A DNA stretch of 64,000 bases from Azolla caroliniana. Taxonomy: Eukaryota; Plantae; Polypodiophyta. Within the stretch, counting starts at the first letter, position 1. Each line of letters begins with the position of its first letter. A program made the position numbers and the translations under genes. Positions 9,617-22,552 of the stretch are shown in pieces. Below the pieces are notes generated by a model, which was given only the letters and a program-made list of their open reading frames with translations, ran no database searches and was not told where the DNA came from. The stretch covers positions 1,240,001 through 1,304,000 of the forward strand of contig JBHGNT010000011.1 of NCBI GenBank assembly GCA_043228905.1, in the 5' to 3' direction.

Positions 9617-12600
9617 TGTCGTGAAGAAAACCGGCCAGAAGTGGAATCAACGAAGTAGGGCGCATGAACCGGCCCTACACTTTTCCACACTAATTACTAC
9701 CCTGTAAATAGACTAGATGTGACGCATTGAATGTCTAGGAAATCAAAGAGCATCTCTGACCGAAAGGACAGAGAATAAATTGATGAAAACGAGGGTGCAA
9801 CGGCCTGCCTCGACGGCCTATAAAAGGGAAGGAAGAAGGCGGATGAAAGGATATCGCATTTTGGGAGCGAGGATGAAGTGCTGTCGGACTGGGACCGAGC
9901 TCTCTCCTCCATCATTCGTCATTCTCTGCAGGATTTGGACGGGGTTGCCTCTGCTTCGTGGACAACCCGTGTGCTTCCGGTAGATGCTCCACAGTCCAAT
10001 CGGGTTGTGTGCGTGCAGAGCATCGTGTGTGTGTGTGTGTGTTCGCCCGAGTTGGGTCCATTGCCGGCTTGCCGGTTGTAATCGTTATTGATTTTGTAAT
10101 TAAGACTTTGTGCTCTCTCTCTTTCTCTCTCCCCCCCGAACCTGTGTTTCCGCAACTTGCTCTCTCTCTTTCTCTTCTTTCTCACGCTCCTTGGTTCAAG
10201 GTCCCCGCGGTCCCACCTCTTTCCACACGCGAAGAGCGTAACAACTCGACATATTTGGTGAACCCGATGTGAAACAAGCGGCAAAGGAGTGAAGGATGAG
10301 GGGATCCGAGGTTGCTGAAGTTATGGTTGTAGCCATTGACCGGCTAGTGAGCGCTCGCGAGGGAACGAGTGCCCTCGATAGGGCCATTGAGTCAATCGTC
10401 GGCACCATAGGTTGATTCGGTGGGAAGAATGCCATGAGCTACTCGGAGGCCTACCGGGCCGAAATGATCATGAGGGATATCTCGGCGGACAGGCGGCTGT
10501 CCGGATTCCCTCGGGTGGTGACGCCGAGCATCCACGCAGAGGTGCTCGAGGTGCTGGTCGGATGCCAAACTTGGGAGGAGTTCGAGCTGCGGCTACTTGA
10601 GATGTATGGGTTTGATGACTCGCTTCGGTTGTCGAAGCGAGACTTCATGGCATGGGTTGAGAGCCCTGGGAAGGGGAGGAACGCGTCGGCAATCCTCAAG
10701 GAGTTTGAGAGACGGTTCGCACGGTTGTCAACGCTGGACCGGACTGTGCTCGACACAAGTCGGGTACTATTATTCGTGAAGTCGGTGGACGCCATGGATT
10801 GGGAGAAGGTGGGTCTCCTATTGGAAACGGATGAAGGGCTCACGGTAGACTGGGCCATGGTAAGGAGGGTCTGCGGTCGTTTCGACAAGCGGCGCGAGTG
10901 GAGCGACGAGGACTCGTTGGTGGCAAGGCCGGTCCCGGCGTGGGAGCTCGAGGAGCCGGTGTCGGTACCATCTAGGAAGGAAGAAACTCGGAGTTGTCTT
11001 GAGATGGGCTCAGCCCCGAGCGGAGTGGTCAAAGGTCCCTCCGGAGGCGTGGCTCTAGAAGAGTTGTTGTAGATGGTGCGAGATCTCCAAATCGCACAGG
11101 CCCGGAGGGACAGCGGCGAACAGTCTCATGACCGAAGGCTGCTAGCGGGGCAACGGTGCATGTGGTGCAACACGGTCGGCCACATCCGAAAAGAATGCAC
11201 GGATTTCGCCGAGGCACTCAGGACCAACGTGGTGTACCTCTAGAACGGGCGGGTGCACGCGAGCGAGACCCGGAAAGCCCTAGAGTTGAATACGGGGCGC
11301 GACAGAATGAAGCGGTTGATGGAAGAGGCCGCGCCACGACATCCAGAGGCCGTTAACTACTCGGGGTCAGCAGGAATCCAGGTCAGGGGTGATGAGGCCT
11401 GGAAAGCGAAGGACTCTGGATTCTCATCGCTGGTGGTAGAGGGTCTCTCTGGAGTACGGCTGAAGAAGGAAGAGGCAGACCGCGCAGAACAACGGATCTG
11501 GGAGGTCACTGGATGGGACGACACGGTGGAAGAAAAGACTGGCTTCATGGCAGCCGCATGCCAGAACCTCGTACGAGGTTTTGGTAGAAGACAAGCATGC
11601 GGGAAAGGCCGGAGGGGGCGGCCCCTCATAGCGGTACGAGACCCGGTTCGGACGGAAGCCGAATGAGGCCGCCAATGCCAGTGCACCGGAGAAGAAGAAG
11701 CAAGCTGGTTTCCGGCTGAGCACCGAAATCGAACGAACAATGAACTTGCGGAAGGTCCTGGAAGAGAGAATTCTCGACAGCAAGGTCGAGTTGTCATTAC
11801 GAGAGGTGTTGGGGATCGCGAAGAAGGAGTTCCACGACTCCATCGTTGACTTGGTGAAGCGAAAGAGGCTCTCAATGGAGCCGGAACCAGAGAGGCCAGT
11901 GGAAATGCGGACGATGCACTTAGAAGAGACGGCCCTAGAGGATGAGTTGGCGGAAAGCCACTACGCGAAGCCGCATTAGGCTAGGGCCACTACGGAAACC
12001 CATGTTCGGATCGGCGACGTCTAGGAGCCGGTGGTGGCATTGGTAGACCACGGTTCGGAGATCAACCTGATGTCCATAGACTTCTATGAAAAGGGGAAGT
12101 GGCCGATCAGCACCAAGCACGGGTGGAAGATACGCGCGGCGACACGCGCTACAGAGGAGTTGCTTGGTGCGTGCCTGAACGTATGCATGAAGATTGGCGA
12201 CGTCGAGATAGATCAGCATTTCTTCGTGTAGGAGACTTCCTCGCACCCGGTAATTCTTGGCGAACCTTACATTACGGCAACACGCATGGAGATGAAAGTA
12301 CTGGAGATTGGTTCGGCGTATGCGCGCGTCAAGAGCCAAGACGGTCGGCATTCCGTCCAATTCATGACAGTGCGACCCAATCACGAGCGAAACCGCGAGA
12401 CCCTCGGCGGCGACAGTTGAGGGGATTTAATGAGAGGGCAATCAAGGTGTGGGGCAGCGATAATCCGGACACCTCGGAAGAACCCCACACATGTATTATA
12501 GGTAGGAAATTTTGGCTCTCCGAAAACGGAGGTTGTACGTTAGCTGGCATCAGTAGCCAGGAGAGGAAGCCGGCGGAGAGACGACTTAGGGTGTGTGGAG

Positions 12601-13993
12601 TCCTCTCCCCCGACGAAGAAATTAGCGGCGCTGTGGAGGCGGTCTCTTTTGACGACACCTTGGGCAAATTACAAAAGGTGGTCGGTGAAGGCCTTAGCGA
12701 AGACCGGACTGTTCCGGTTAGCTTGATGGGAATGTACAAAGTCATTGCGGACTTCGGGAAGAAGATCGGGTCGGATCGAACGGCCCGCATGGATACAAAG
12801 TATAAGACTGTGGACTGGAAGGTGAGGCCAGTTGCGGCACCCTTGTTGGAGGGTAGCAAAGAGCGGATATGGGCATCCTCGAACCGTCGAGTGCCCCAAA
12901 CTCGAATCGGTGGTTCACGGTGCCAAGGAAGAACGGTATGTTGTGCTTCATACAGAACCTACAACCGGTCAACAAGGTGACCATCCGTAACACAGGAATA
13001 GGGCCGACTATAGACGAGTTTGCGGAGGCCTTCGCCGGAAGGTCAATCTATTCAGTCGGTGACTTATACTCGGGGTACGAGTAGTTCCAACTAGCCGTAG
13101 AGAGCAGGGACATCACGACAATGTGGACTCCTCTCGGCTTGGTGCGGATGTGTACCCTACCGCAAGGAGGAACAAATTCGGTGGCGCACATGGTGAACGA
13201 CATGAACAAGGTGCTGAGGAATTGCATCCTGGACATCACTATGTCGTTCCTAGACGACGTACCTATAAAAGGGTGTCCGGTGGAGGATGCAGACAAGACG
13301 GTCGGGCCAGACGGATGCCGGAGTTTCGTTGTGAACCACATCAATGACTGCGATAAGGTGTTGCAGAGGTTCGAGAGTGCGCGGCTCACCTTCTCCAGAG
13401 AGAAATCAACGTTCGGCCAGATGGAGATCCTGGTAGTCGGACACCTGTGCGGGCCCTATGGCCGAAAACCGTCCCCGGCAAAGGTAGAAGCCATCTCCGC
13501 GATGAAGGACGATTGTGGGTTGGTTATGGAGGTCCATAGATTCTTGGGTGCATGCGCGTTCTGCCACATCTGGATTCCGCATTACGCACATGCCGCGGAA
13601 CCGTTCTACGGGCTATTGAACAAAGGGCGTAGGTTCGACTGGAGGACGGACCATACGGAGTCGGTCCGGAGACTGAAGGAGGCGCTTGCGGCGGCACCGG
13701 CTCTCCGGAAAGCGGTTTACGGCAAGGAAGTCCCCATCTACGTGACGGTGGACACAAGCCCGACCGGGATAGGGTGGGTGATCAATCCGGTTCGGGACGA
13801 AGGTATTGAGCGAGCCATAGCGAGGATACGCCCAAGTTAAACGCCAACTATGGGGTATTGTTTCGGTAGTTAAGGCCGACAAAGACTATCTAATCGGGAC
13901 AGAAGTAATCATCGAGACGGACTACCTACCGATTTTGGGTATGGTTTCCGGATGCACGACTCTGGACCGCTCAGGTGGATCGCGTACATCAAG
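9617..13993 (+). mobile_element. Ty3/gypsy element, tRNA-Trp primed (5' LTR 9617-10251; decayed gag, protease, RT, RNase H; 3' truncated)
   Basis: TGTCGTGAAG...CGACA LTR; PBS TGGTGAACCCGATGTGAA at 10256-10273; CMWC..GH...C knuckle; LVDHGSEINLM protease; LPQGGTNS and FLDDVPIKG RT; VDTSPTGIGWV RNase H. Confidence 0.9.
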
Positions 13994-15134
13994 CGAGCTC
14001 AGCATGCCTCTATCCATCGTTCTTCTTGTTCTTATTCGTCAAGCTGTGTCGGCTACAGAGAGGTTCTCAACCCTCGCGCTCTGATACCATGTAGAAAGTA
14101 GCGTGCGGAAGCAAGTATGAAGACCGAACAGAAGGGAGGAAACTTAGGTTCAATGGAGAGCTTGGGCTTACACGGTGTCACGTTACTACGCGCGTGCGTG
14201 TAGAAGGGCGGGACCACGGGGGTCTTGGACTAGGGAGTGGAGGAGAAAGATTAGCTCAAGACGAGAAGAGAACGGATATGACATTATGATAGAAGAAGAA
14301 GAAGAAGATGCAATCAAGATACTCAACAAGAAGTTCTATTAAGAAATGAATTATTACAACAATGGTGGCCGCCATGGCCGCACCAAACGACTATATGAAA
14401 AACCCTAAAGGAAAACCCAAGAAGAAAACCCTAACCGAACCCTAACGCTCGACCTATGTGGTATACCTCGCACACTCAAAATAGGCAACCCCACAATGGT
14501 GCCTTCTCTCTCCTTTTATAGCACAAGGAGGGAAGACCGTTTACAAAAGTGAGACTAAAATATCCCCTTTCATTCAAAGGGGATATTTGCCTTGATTTGG
14601 GGGAGGGTGAGATTGATGGCCCCTTAACTCCCACCTCCTCACAAACGACTAGGTACCTATGTACCGCATAGTACCTCTCTCTCTCTCTCTCGCGTGGATG
14701 TGCGTACAACCACATCACCTTTATATCTTTATTACTATTACAAATACATTATGTACGTGTGCAACGTTGCACATCGCTCTTTGGCTCTCGTTGCTCGGGT
14801 TTCCGCTTGTGGACGAAAATCTTCACGACAACGGTATACGCAGGAGAGATAGAGAGAGGAAAACAGAAAACTATATTCAATAATAATACTCAGTCTGTAC
14901 ATTAGTCGTGCTCAGTGAACACTTTTATACAAGTCCTAGAAGGACTGACCGAAGTACTGACAGTACTGCAATGCTCATCAAGAGCTCCTACACTAACTCC
15001 GAAAGATATTCCTCATGGAATATCTTTCCTAACGACCTCCCGGTTTACGCACTCGGCCTAACCGATCGGTCCCAACCGATCCGGTCCTCGGCTTCTTCAG
15101 CCGATCCGGCCGATGTTGAGCTTGTCTCTTAACA
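13994..15134 (-). mobile_element. Copia family-A-related 5' end (LTR 14090-15134, PBS-Met, gag start), interrupted by a solo LTR
   Basis: GCTCTGATACCA at 14078-14089; MDRGMLSS start on - strand; LTR terminus TGTTAAGAGACAAGCTCAACA on - strand. Confidence 0.85.
14176..14830 (-). mobile_element. Solo LTR of the Trp-primed gypsy group, TSD ACGG
   Basis: Starts TGTCGTGAAG on - strand like the LTR at 9617; ACGG at 14172-14175 and 14831-14834. Confidence 0.88.
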
Positions 15135-15707
15135 TAAATATATAAATATATATACATATACACATATACAAGAAGGGCAAGTAAGGATTCGAACCTTGCA
15201 CCTCCAAGTTAGGAATCAATTGGCTTACCATTAAGCCATGCCATTTAGTTGAATTTATATTTCTATCATTGTACTTTTACATGTAAATTCTCATACAAGA
15301 GAGCTAAAATGAGTGACATGGTTATCATGCACCACATGTAATACATAAGCGCCAAATGGCAAACATGGAATTTATGCATGTCTTGTACCCTCACATGCAT
15401 CATATGCATGAGAGCATCTATAAAAGAAGGAAGGGGGAGGAGAAAAAACACGTTTTTTTTTGTTATGAAATTAAGAAGAAGAAATTCGTTATCAAATTGA
15501 TCGTGTAACTTGTTTCTTAAATCTAAAGTTAAAAGTTCAATCAATCTCTCTCAATCGTGTAATCTCAACTTCTCTCTTTCACAATCTATCTTAAGTACTT
15601 TCTCGCTAAAGTTTGCGCCAAAGCTTGTACCGACTTTGAATCCTTCCGGTCCAGAACCCCGGCGGTTCCGCCTCACGATCCGCACGTAGTGACGGATCTT
15701 CACGACA
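15135..15707 (+). repeat. Partial LTR related to the gag-only element LTR, with antisense A/B boxes
   Basis: Shares TCCAGAACCCCGGCGGTTCC...CACGACA 3' end with 36932-37790 and the reverse complement of 2664-3299; boxes at 15228-15238 and 15185-15195 (- strand). Confidence 0.75.
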
Positions 15708-16770
15708 ACGGCCTAGCCCGAAGATGGACAAAGGAAAGGCGAAAATAGCGGAATACGAAGACGATCGCTTCACCGACGGTGAGTCAACTCACTCACTCGA
15801 CAGTGAGTTCGGCGGTTTCGAGGTACCAATCGGAGCAAAGAAAGCCCTCATCTCTGCAAATGAAAAGCTCCACCGATCCACTCGTGAAAAGAACCCCGTA
15901 AGCCGATTCGGCTACAACAATTATATGGCGTACCATTACGTCTTTATGATGAAGGTAGCAACAGTACGGGAGCCGGAAACCTTTTCCGAAGCCGCGAAGG
16001 ACCCGCGATGGATCGAAGCAATGAACGAGGAGATGCAGGCACTAAGGAAGAACGAGACATGGGATCTCGTTCCCACCTCACCGCACAAAAAGGCGATCAG
16101 ATGTAGATGGATCTACAAAGTGAAGTACAACGCAGACGGTTCCGTCAACCGCTACAAAGCTCGACTCGTAGCGATAGGTTACGCCCAAATGCACGGAGTT
16201 GACTATGAGGAGACCTTTGCCCCGGTGGCAAAGATCACAACGGTGCGGACCGTAATTGCGCTTGCCTCGGCGAAAGGGTGGCACCTCCATCAAATGGACG
16301 TCAAGAACGCCTTTCTACAAGGCGAATTAGAAGAGGAGGTGTACATGATCCAACCACCCGGTCTCATCTCGAGCACCCATCTGAAAGCGGTTTGATGACT
16401 CAAGAAGCCACTCTACGGCCTCAAGCAAGCACCGCGTGCTTGGCATTCGAAGATAACGCAATATCTTCATCAAATCGGCTTCCGTATGTCAAAATCGGAC
16501 AACTCCCTCTACATACGAAGCGATTCCGCAAGTCCGATCGTCATCATTTTATATGTGGATGACCTAGTCATTGGAGGTGAGCATCTCGTCGAAATCAATA
16601 AAGTCAAATCCCTCCTTTCCGACAAGTTCGAGATGACGAACATGAAGGAGCTCCACTACTTCCTCGGCATCGAGGTAATTCGGACTCCGAACGGAATCAT
16701 GATCTCTCAACGGCACTACATCCTCAACTTGTTATACATGTTCGGGATGGCTGAGTGCAAATCCACGGCA
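15708..16770 (+). pseudogene. Copia family-B RT fragment
   Basis: [25 protein letters not shown]; inverted near-copy of ~18151-19194. Confidence 0.9.
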
Positions 16771-17129
16771 AGAATCAAGAGATGGATTCTTGTGAATGTT
16801 ATACGTTTTAGGGCTAGGGTTAAGGACGATGATAATCATGATAAAGATAGACATGGTGGTTATGATGATGATGGAGAGTATGGGATTGATGGCGAGAGAG
16901 ATCATGTGCCAATATTGAGAAGCATTGTGGGGTGGGGGGTGGTGCCTAGAATGGCTCCACCCCCCTCCCAAGGGGGTTCAACGTTAAGAGGAGGGAAGAG
17001 AGAGAGAGAGAGATGAAAAGAGAGATAGATAGAGAGAAATGATTCATTTTTCATTCATTCCCCATAATGGTGACTCTTGACCGTTGAGGTGTCTCTTCAC
17101 TCTCAAGGTGAGTTCACACACTAGACCAA

Positions 17130-20057
17130 GTTGAGCTTGATTCTCAACACGCCCCCTCAAGCTCAAGTCGGGTCGGTTTCAGACGGTATCCGAAATCCGC
17201 TTCAACTTGCGTTCCGGAGTCCGCGTCGACTCGCGTTTCTGCGGAGTTACGGGATCCGTGCTCTAGCTTGCGTTGTGCGTAATTACAAAGTCTGTGTTTC
17301 AGCTTGCATGCGTAGTTGCGAAGTCTGTGCTTCGGCTTGCGTCTTTCTTCGTGGCTTTGTTGCGTGGTTGTGGAATGTACGCGTTATTGCGTAGTGTCTT
17401 CAGTACTCCCCCTCAAGCTTGGCAGGTCAGGGATCGTCAATCCGAGATCGGTCATGAATTGCCATAGCTTGTCGGCTCCTAAGGCTTTAGTGAAGATGTT
17501 GGCCATTTGAAGATTGGTGCTAATGTGTTGTAGGTCGACATCGCCAGCCAGAACGTGCTCTCGGATGAAGTGATAGTGCACTTCGATGTGCTTTGTCCGT
17601 GTGTGGAACACCGGGTTCCGAGCCAGATAGATATTGCTCATGTTGTCGCAGTAAAGGGAAGTCAGATCCTTGATGGGTACGCCCAAATCCTTCAAAATCC
17701 TCTTGAGCCATACGACTTCACACGCAGCTACGGTTGCGCCCCTGTATTCCGCCTCCGTACTCGAAAGAGCGACGGTAGGCTGCTTCTTGCTACTCCAGGA
17801 GATTGCTCCGCTGCCGAGGGAGAAAACAAATCCGGAGGTTGATCTTCAATCAGCTTTGTGGCCGGCCCAATTGGCGTTTGTGTACCCCTCAAGTCGTATT
17901 GGCATCGTGGTCTTGTAGAGGATACCGCAATCCATTGTGCCGCTCACGTAGCGTAGAACTCGCTTAGCGCAATCCAAGTGAGTATCACGCGGTGTTTGCA
18001 TGAATTGGCTAAGGAGACCGACCGGATAGCTGAGATCGGGTCGTGTGATCGTGAGGTAGATGAGACTCCCGATGAGTTGACGATACTGAGTCGGCTCACA
18101 CGCTTTCGTGTCGGTGTTCGCATCTAGTTTGAGATTGCGATCGAGTGGTGTTGCCGTAGATTTGCACTCAGCCATCCCGAACTTGTACAACAAGTTGAGG
18201 ATGTAGTGCCATTGAGAGATCATGATTCCGTTCGGAGTCCGAATTACCTCGATGCCGAGGAAGTAGTGGAGCTCCTTCATGTCCGTCATCTCGAACTTGT
18301 CGGAAAGGAGGGATTTGACTTTATTGATTTCGACGAGATGCTCACCTCCAATGACTAGGTCATCCACATATAAAATGATGACGATCGGACTTGCGGAATC
18401 GCTTCGTATGTAGAGGGAGTTGTCCGATTTTGACATACAGAAGCCGATTTGATGAAGATATTGCATTATCTTCGAATGCCAAGCACGCGGTGCTTGCTTG
18501 AGGCCGTAGAGTGGCTTCTTGAGTCAGCAAACTGCTTTCGGATGGGTGCTCGAGCTGAAACCGGGTGGTTGGATCATGTACACCTCCTCTTCTAATTCGC
18601 CTTGTAGAAAGGCATTCTTGACATCCATTTGATGGAGGTGCCACCCTTTCGCCGCGGCAAGCGCGATTACGGTCCCCACCGTTGTCATCTTTGCCACCGG
18701 GGCAAAGGTCTCCTCATAGTCAACTCCGTGCGTTTGGGCATAGCCTTTCGCTACGAGTCGAGCTTTGTAGCGGTTGACGGAACCGTCTGCGTTGTACTTC
18801 ACTTTGTAGATCCATCTACATCTGATCGCCTTTTTGTGCGGTGAGGTGGGAACGAGATCCCATGTCTCGTTCTTCCGTAGTGCCTGCATCTCCTCGTTCA
18901 TTGCTTCGATCCATCACGGGTCCTTCGCGGCTCCCGTACTGTTGCTACCTTCATCATAAAGGCGTAATGGTACGCCATATAACCATTGTAGCCGAATCGG
19001 CTTACGGGGTTCTTTTCATGAGTGGATCGGTGGAACTTTTCATTTGCAGAGATGAGGGCTTTCTTTGCTTCGATTGGTACCTCGAAACCGCCGAACTCAC
19101 TGTCGAGTGAGTGAGTTGACTCACCGTCGGTGAAGCGATCGTCTTCGTATTCCGCTATTTTCGCCTTGCCTTTGTCCATCTTCGGGCTAGGCCGTGGTGT
19201 GCTTTGATTGCTCAAAGGCTCTTGTGGTCCGCTTAGTCGGGTCGTGATCGGACTTTCTTTGAACATGGGCGTAAGGTGATGTTCTTCCTCTATCTCTTGT
19301 TCGGTGGATTCCAGGTCGAGCGGGGTCGGAGTCAAAGTTGTCTTTGGTGCGTACTAGGATTCAGACTCGTCAAAGACGATGTCTCGACTTACCCGAGAAT
19401 TTCGAGTTGAGGGGTTGTAGCACTTGTACCCCTTTTGCTCCAGTGAGTATCCTACGAGGATACATTTCTTCAACTTCGGGTCGAGCTTTTGACGCTTCTC
19501 GTCGAGGATGTGCACGTACGCAATGGAGGCGAATATCCAAACATGTGATAGGTTCGGCTTCTTTCCGAAGAATCTTTCGTGCGGAGTGACCTCGTGCACG
19601 CCGGATGTTGTGCACCGGTTCATTAGGTAGACGGCCGTATTTGCCGCTTCGGCCCAATATGACTTGGGCATATGCTTCTCGTTCATCATGGCCCGCGCTA
19701 CTTCGAGGATGTGCCGATTTTTGCGCTCGGCTACTCCGTTTTGTTGCGGAGTGTGTCGGCAAGTGAATTCTCGCTGAATTCCTTCCTTTCGGAGATACGT
19801 CGTGAAATCGTCTGAGAAGTACTCCTTGCTGCCATCCGATTGAAGGCATCGTACATGTCGGCCCGTGGCTTTCTCGACTTCATTCTTGAAATTTTGGAAG
19901 TGTCCGAACACTTCGCTCTTTTGCCGCATCGGGTAGATCCAAGTGTGCCTAGAAAAGTCGTCGATGAAGAGCACGTAATATCGACATCCGCCAAATGTCG
20001 TCGTTTGAGCCGGACCCCATACATCGGAATGAATTACGTCGAGTACGCCTTTGCTCA
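17130..20057 (-). mobile_element. Copia family-B internal pol (INT-RT-RNase H), PPT and 19-bp LTR stub
   Basis: [39 protein letters not shown]; AGCTTGAGGGGGCG followed by TGTTGAGAATCAAGCTCAA. Confidence 0.9.
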
Positions 20058-20084
20058 CATTCCGCTCCTTCAGACATGCCGAAA

Positions 20085-21081
20085 ATGAGCTTGGGTTGCG
20101 TCACCTCGACATGTCGAACTTGACGGGAGGAGAAAGGAAGAACAGGAACAAGAGCTTGAAAGGAGCGGAGGTGATCATCCTGGCGGAAGTGACTGTGACA
20201 CGAAATCGGATGAAGAATTTGATTTCGGGCTGGCTGAAGAAGCCGAAGAAAAGAGCAAGGGCCATAACTGTAGGGAAGAGCTGAGGACAGCCGAATCAGG
20301 GGGAGGTAAGGCTAAGACCAAGACCTGGTTTGACATTGTCAAAGGCCTAAAGACTGAAGACGAATTGGAGACAACCAATTCGGATGTAAGTGGAATTGAA
20401 TCAGAAGTGACCAATTCAATCGGAATGTTTGATTCGGATACGCTGAATCAACTGAAGACCATGCGGACAAGAGGGCAGCGAAGGACGTGCCCAAAGCGCG
20501 ACAACAAGGGAGCTGAGAAGGCCCGAACGAGCAGACAAGCCGACCGGAAGGGTCGAAGCGCACGAAATTGAATGGGTCGAGGAGTGTGAGAGAGTCGTGA
20601 AACCAGAAGAACCTGGAGCGTAGATCCGGAAGAGCAGATGAAACCTCAAGTTGAGCTTGAGGGGGAGTGTTGAGTGACAAGCTCAACATTGGGTGAATAT
20701 TACGGTGTGTAATCCAATGCGTAGAGTGGGTGCGTAAAATAGTACGCATAACGTGGCCTTAATGGTGCGTAAACCGAAAGGCCATTAGTATGGTATTCCT
20801 CGTAAGGAATAATTTTGGGAGTTACTGTAGTAGGCTCATTTATGAGCAGTCAAGTACTGTCAGTACTTGTGTCAGCCTAATAGTCAGGGCTTGTATAAAA
20901 GGTGCTCACTGAGCACGAAGTATGTACACAACATCATTATTTTGAAATAGAACTGAGTTGTCTTCTCTCTCTCTGTCTCTCCATCTCCATCTTTGTGTTT
21001 TCTACGTTTACCGAATTGTCTTATTTCCGAACTATGTACTTTGTGTTTACGCACACGCTTCCGCACACGTATGCTTTTAAA
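20085..21081 (+). mobile_element. Copia family-A 3' end (RNase H tail, extension, PPT, 3' LTR 20668-21081)
   Basis: LGLRHLDMSNL; GAGCTTGAGGGGGAG then TGTTGAGTGACAAGCTCAACA; LTR homologous to 3300-3626. Confidence 0.85.
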
Positions 21082-21895
21082 TGAAGTAACGGCTTCCACC
21101 AAGACTCACGTTCTGTGCTGGTCCCCACACATCCGAATAGATCAAATCCAACGGATTTCAACTACGATTACACTTGAATTCGGGAATAGAAGTCGGTGTT
21201 GCTTCCCAAGTTGGTAGGCTTCGCATTACGACCCCGAAATTTCGGTAAGCCGAAAACAATGTTCTTCTTCTGCATTTCACGAAGCTGTGCGAAGTTAACG
21301 TGGCCGAACCGCTTGTGCCACAGATCGATGTCCGAATCGACCTTCTGTCCTTTCGCGAATAGTGTCGTTCCGGCTTGATTGGTGTCGAGGATGAACATCG
21401 TCCCTTCAAGCCGCCCTTGCGCGATAAATTCGATTTCCTCTTCGATGTAGCACCCGAGGTGTAAAACAGTACGAATAACGTGGCCTTAATGGTGCGTAAA
21501 CCAAAAGGCCATTAGTGTGGTATTCCTCGTAAGGAATAATTTTGGGAGTTACTGTAGTAGGCTCATTTATGAGCAGTCAAATACTGTCACTACTTGTGTT
21601 AGCCCGATAGTCAAGGCTTGTATAATAGGTTCTGTTGAACACAGTGCTCGGCCACAACCAAGGAATAGGATCAACTCGCAGAAAACAGGAAATACAAAAT
21701 GCACGAAGACAGTAGAGAGAAGAGTACACAGGATGTTTTACGTGGAAAACCCTAAATGGGAAAAACCACGGGAGTCCTCAAACTCCAACTATCACTATAA
21801 ACAGAGATGTACAATGGTGAAGCTACAAGGCAACAACCTTGAGCTCACTGTCTTCGCCACAGGCGGCGGTAATACACAGAGGCAACGACCTCTTC

Positions 21896-21926
<31 letters not shown>

Positions 21927-22552
21927 CTGCTCACTTAGCTCCCTCTAAGTGGAAAATCAGAAAAATGAATAACAACACACAAACCTGTTTGCCCTAAGTC
22001 ATATTTATACACATATGACTTTCGGGCTATTTACAAATATAGCCTCAAGGGCCCTTGGCAAACATATTCACAAATATGTCCCCGCATCCGGATCTCTCTC
22101 CGGGTACATACGTCATCCGGCTCCGTAGCCGGGGTCTTCGTAATCCGGCTCCGTAGCCGGGTCTTCGTCATCCGGCTCCGTAGCCGGGGTCTTCGTCATC
22201 CGGACGGAGCCGGGGTCTTCATCATCCGCCTCTGATACCGGGTACTCCTCATTCGGGTCTTCATTCCCGATTCCCGGACATCCGACCATCCCATCCGGAG
22301 GGACCGTAATCCCAACAAACTCCCCCTTCACTTCGGCATGGGATGTCTTTCCAGTCCGACCCTCCTCCGGCACGCTTCCAGCTTGTCGGGTGTGAGCACT
22401 TTGGTCAGCATATCTGACCCGTTCTCGTCCGTGTGGATCTTCATCAGCACGAACTCCTGGTCTTCTATCCTTTCCCGGATCCAGTGATATCTTCGCTGGA
22501 TGTGCTTCGTCCGGGAGTGATAGGCCGCGTTCTTCGCAAGGTGGATGGCACT

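Noticed and set aside
12415-12432. Programmed frameshift at GGGGATTTAA after the protease
   Set aside because: Plausible, but the copy is too decayed to tell it from random mutation.
21517-21948. Duplicated 143/141-aa ORFs (also 26501-26926)
   Set aside because: They span an LTR-LTR junction and a CT microsatellite; the duplication is explained by the copied flank.
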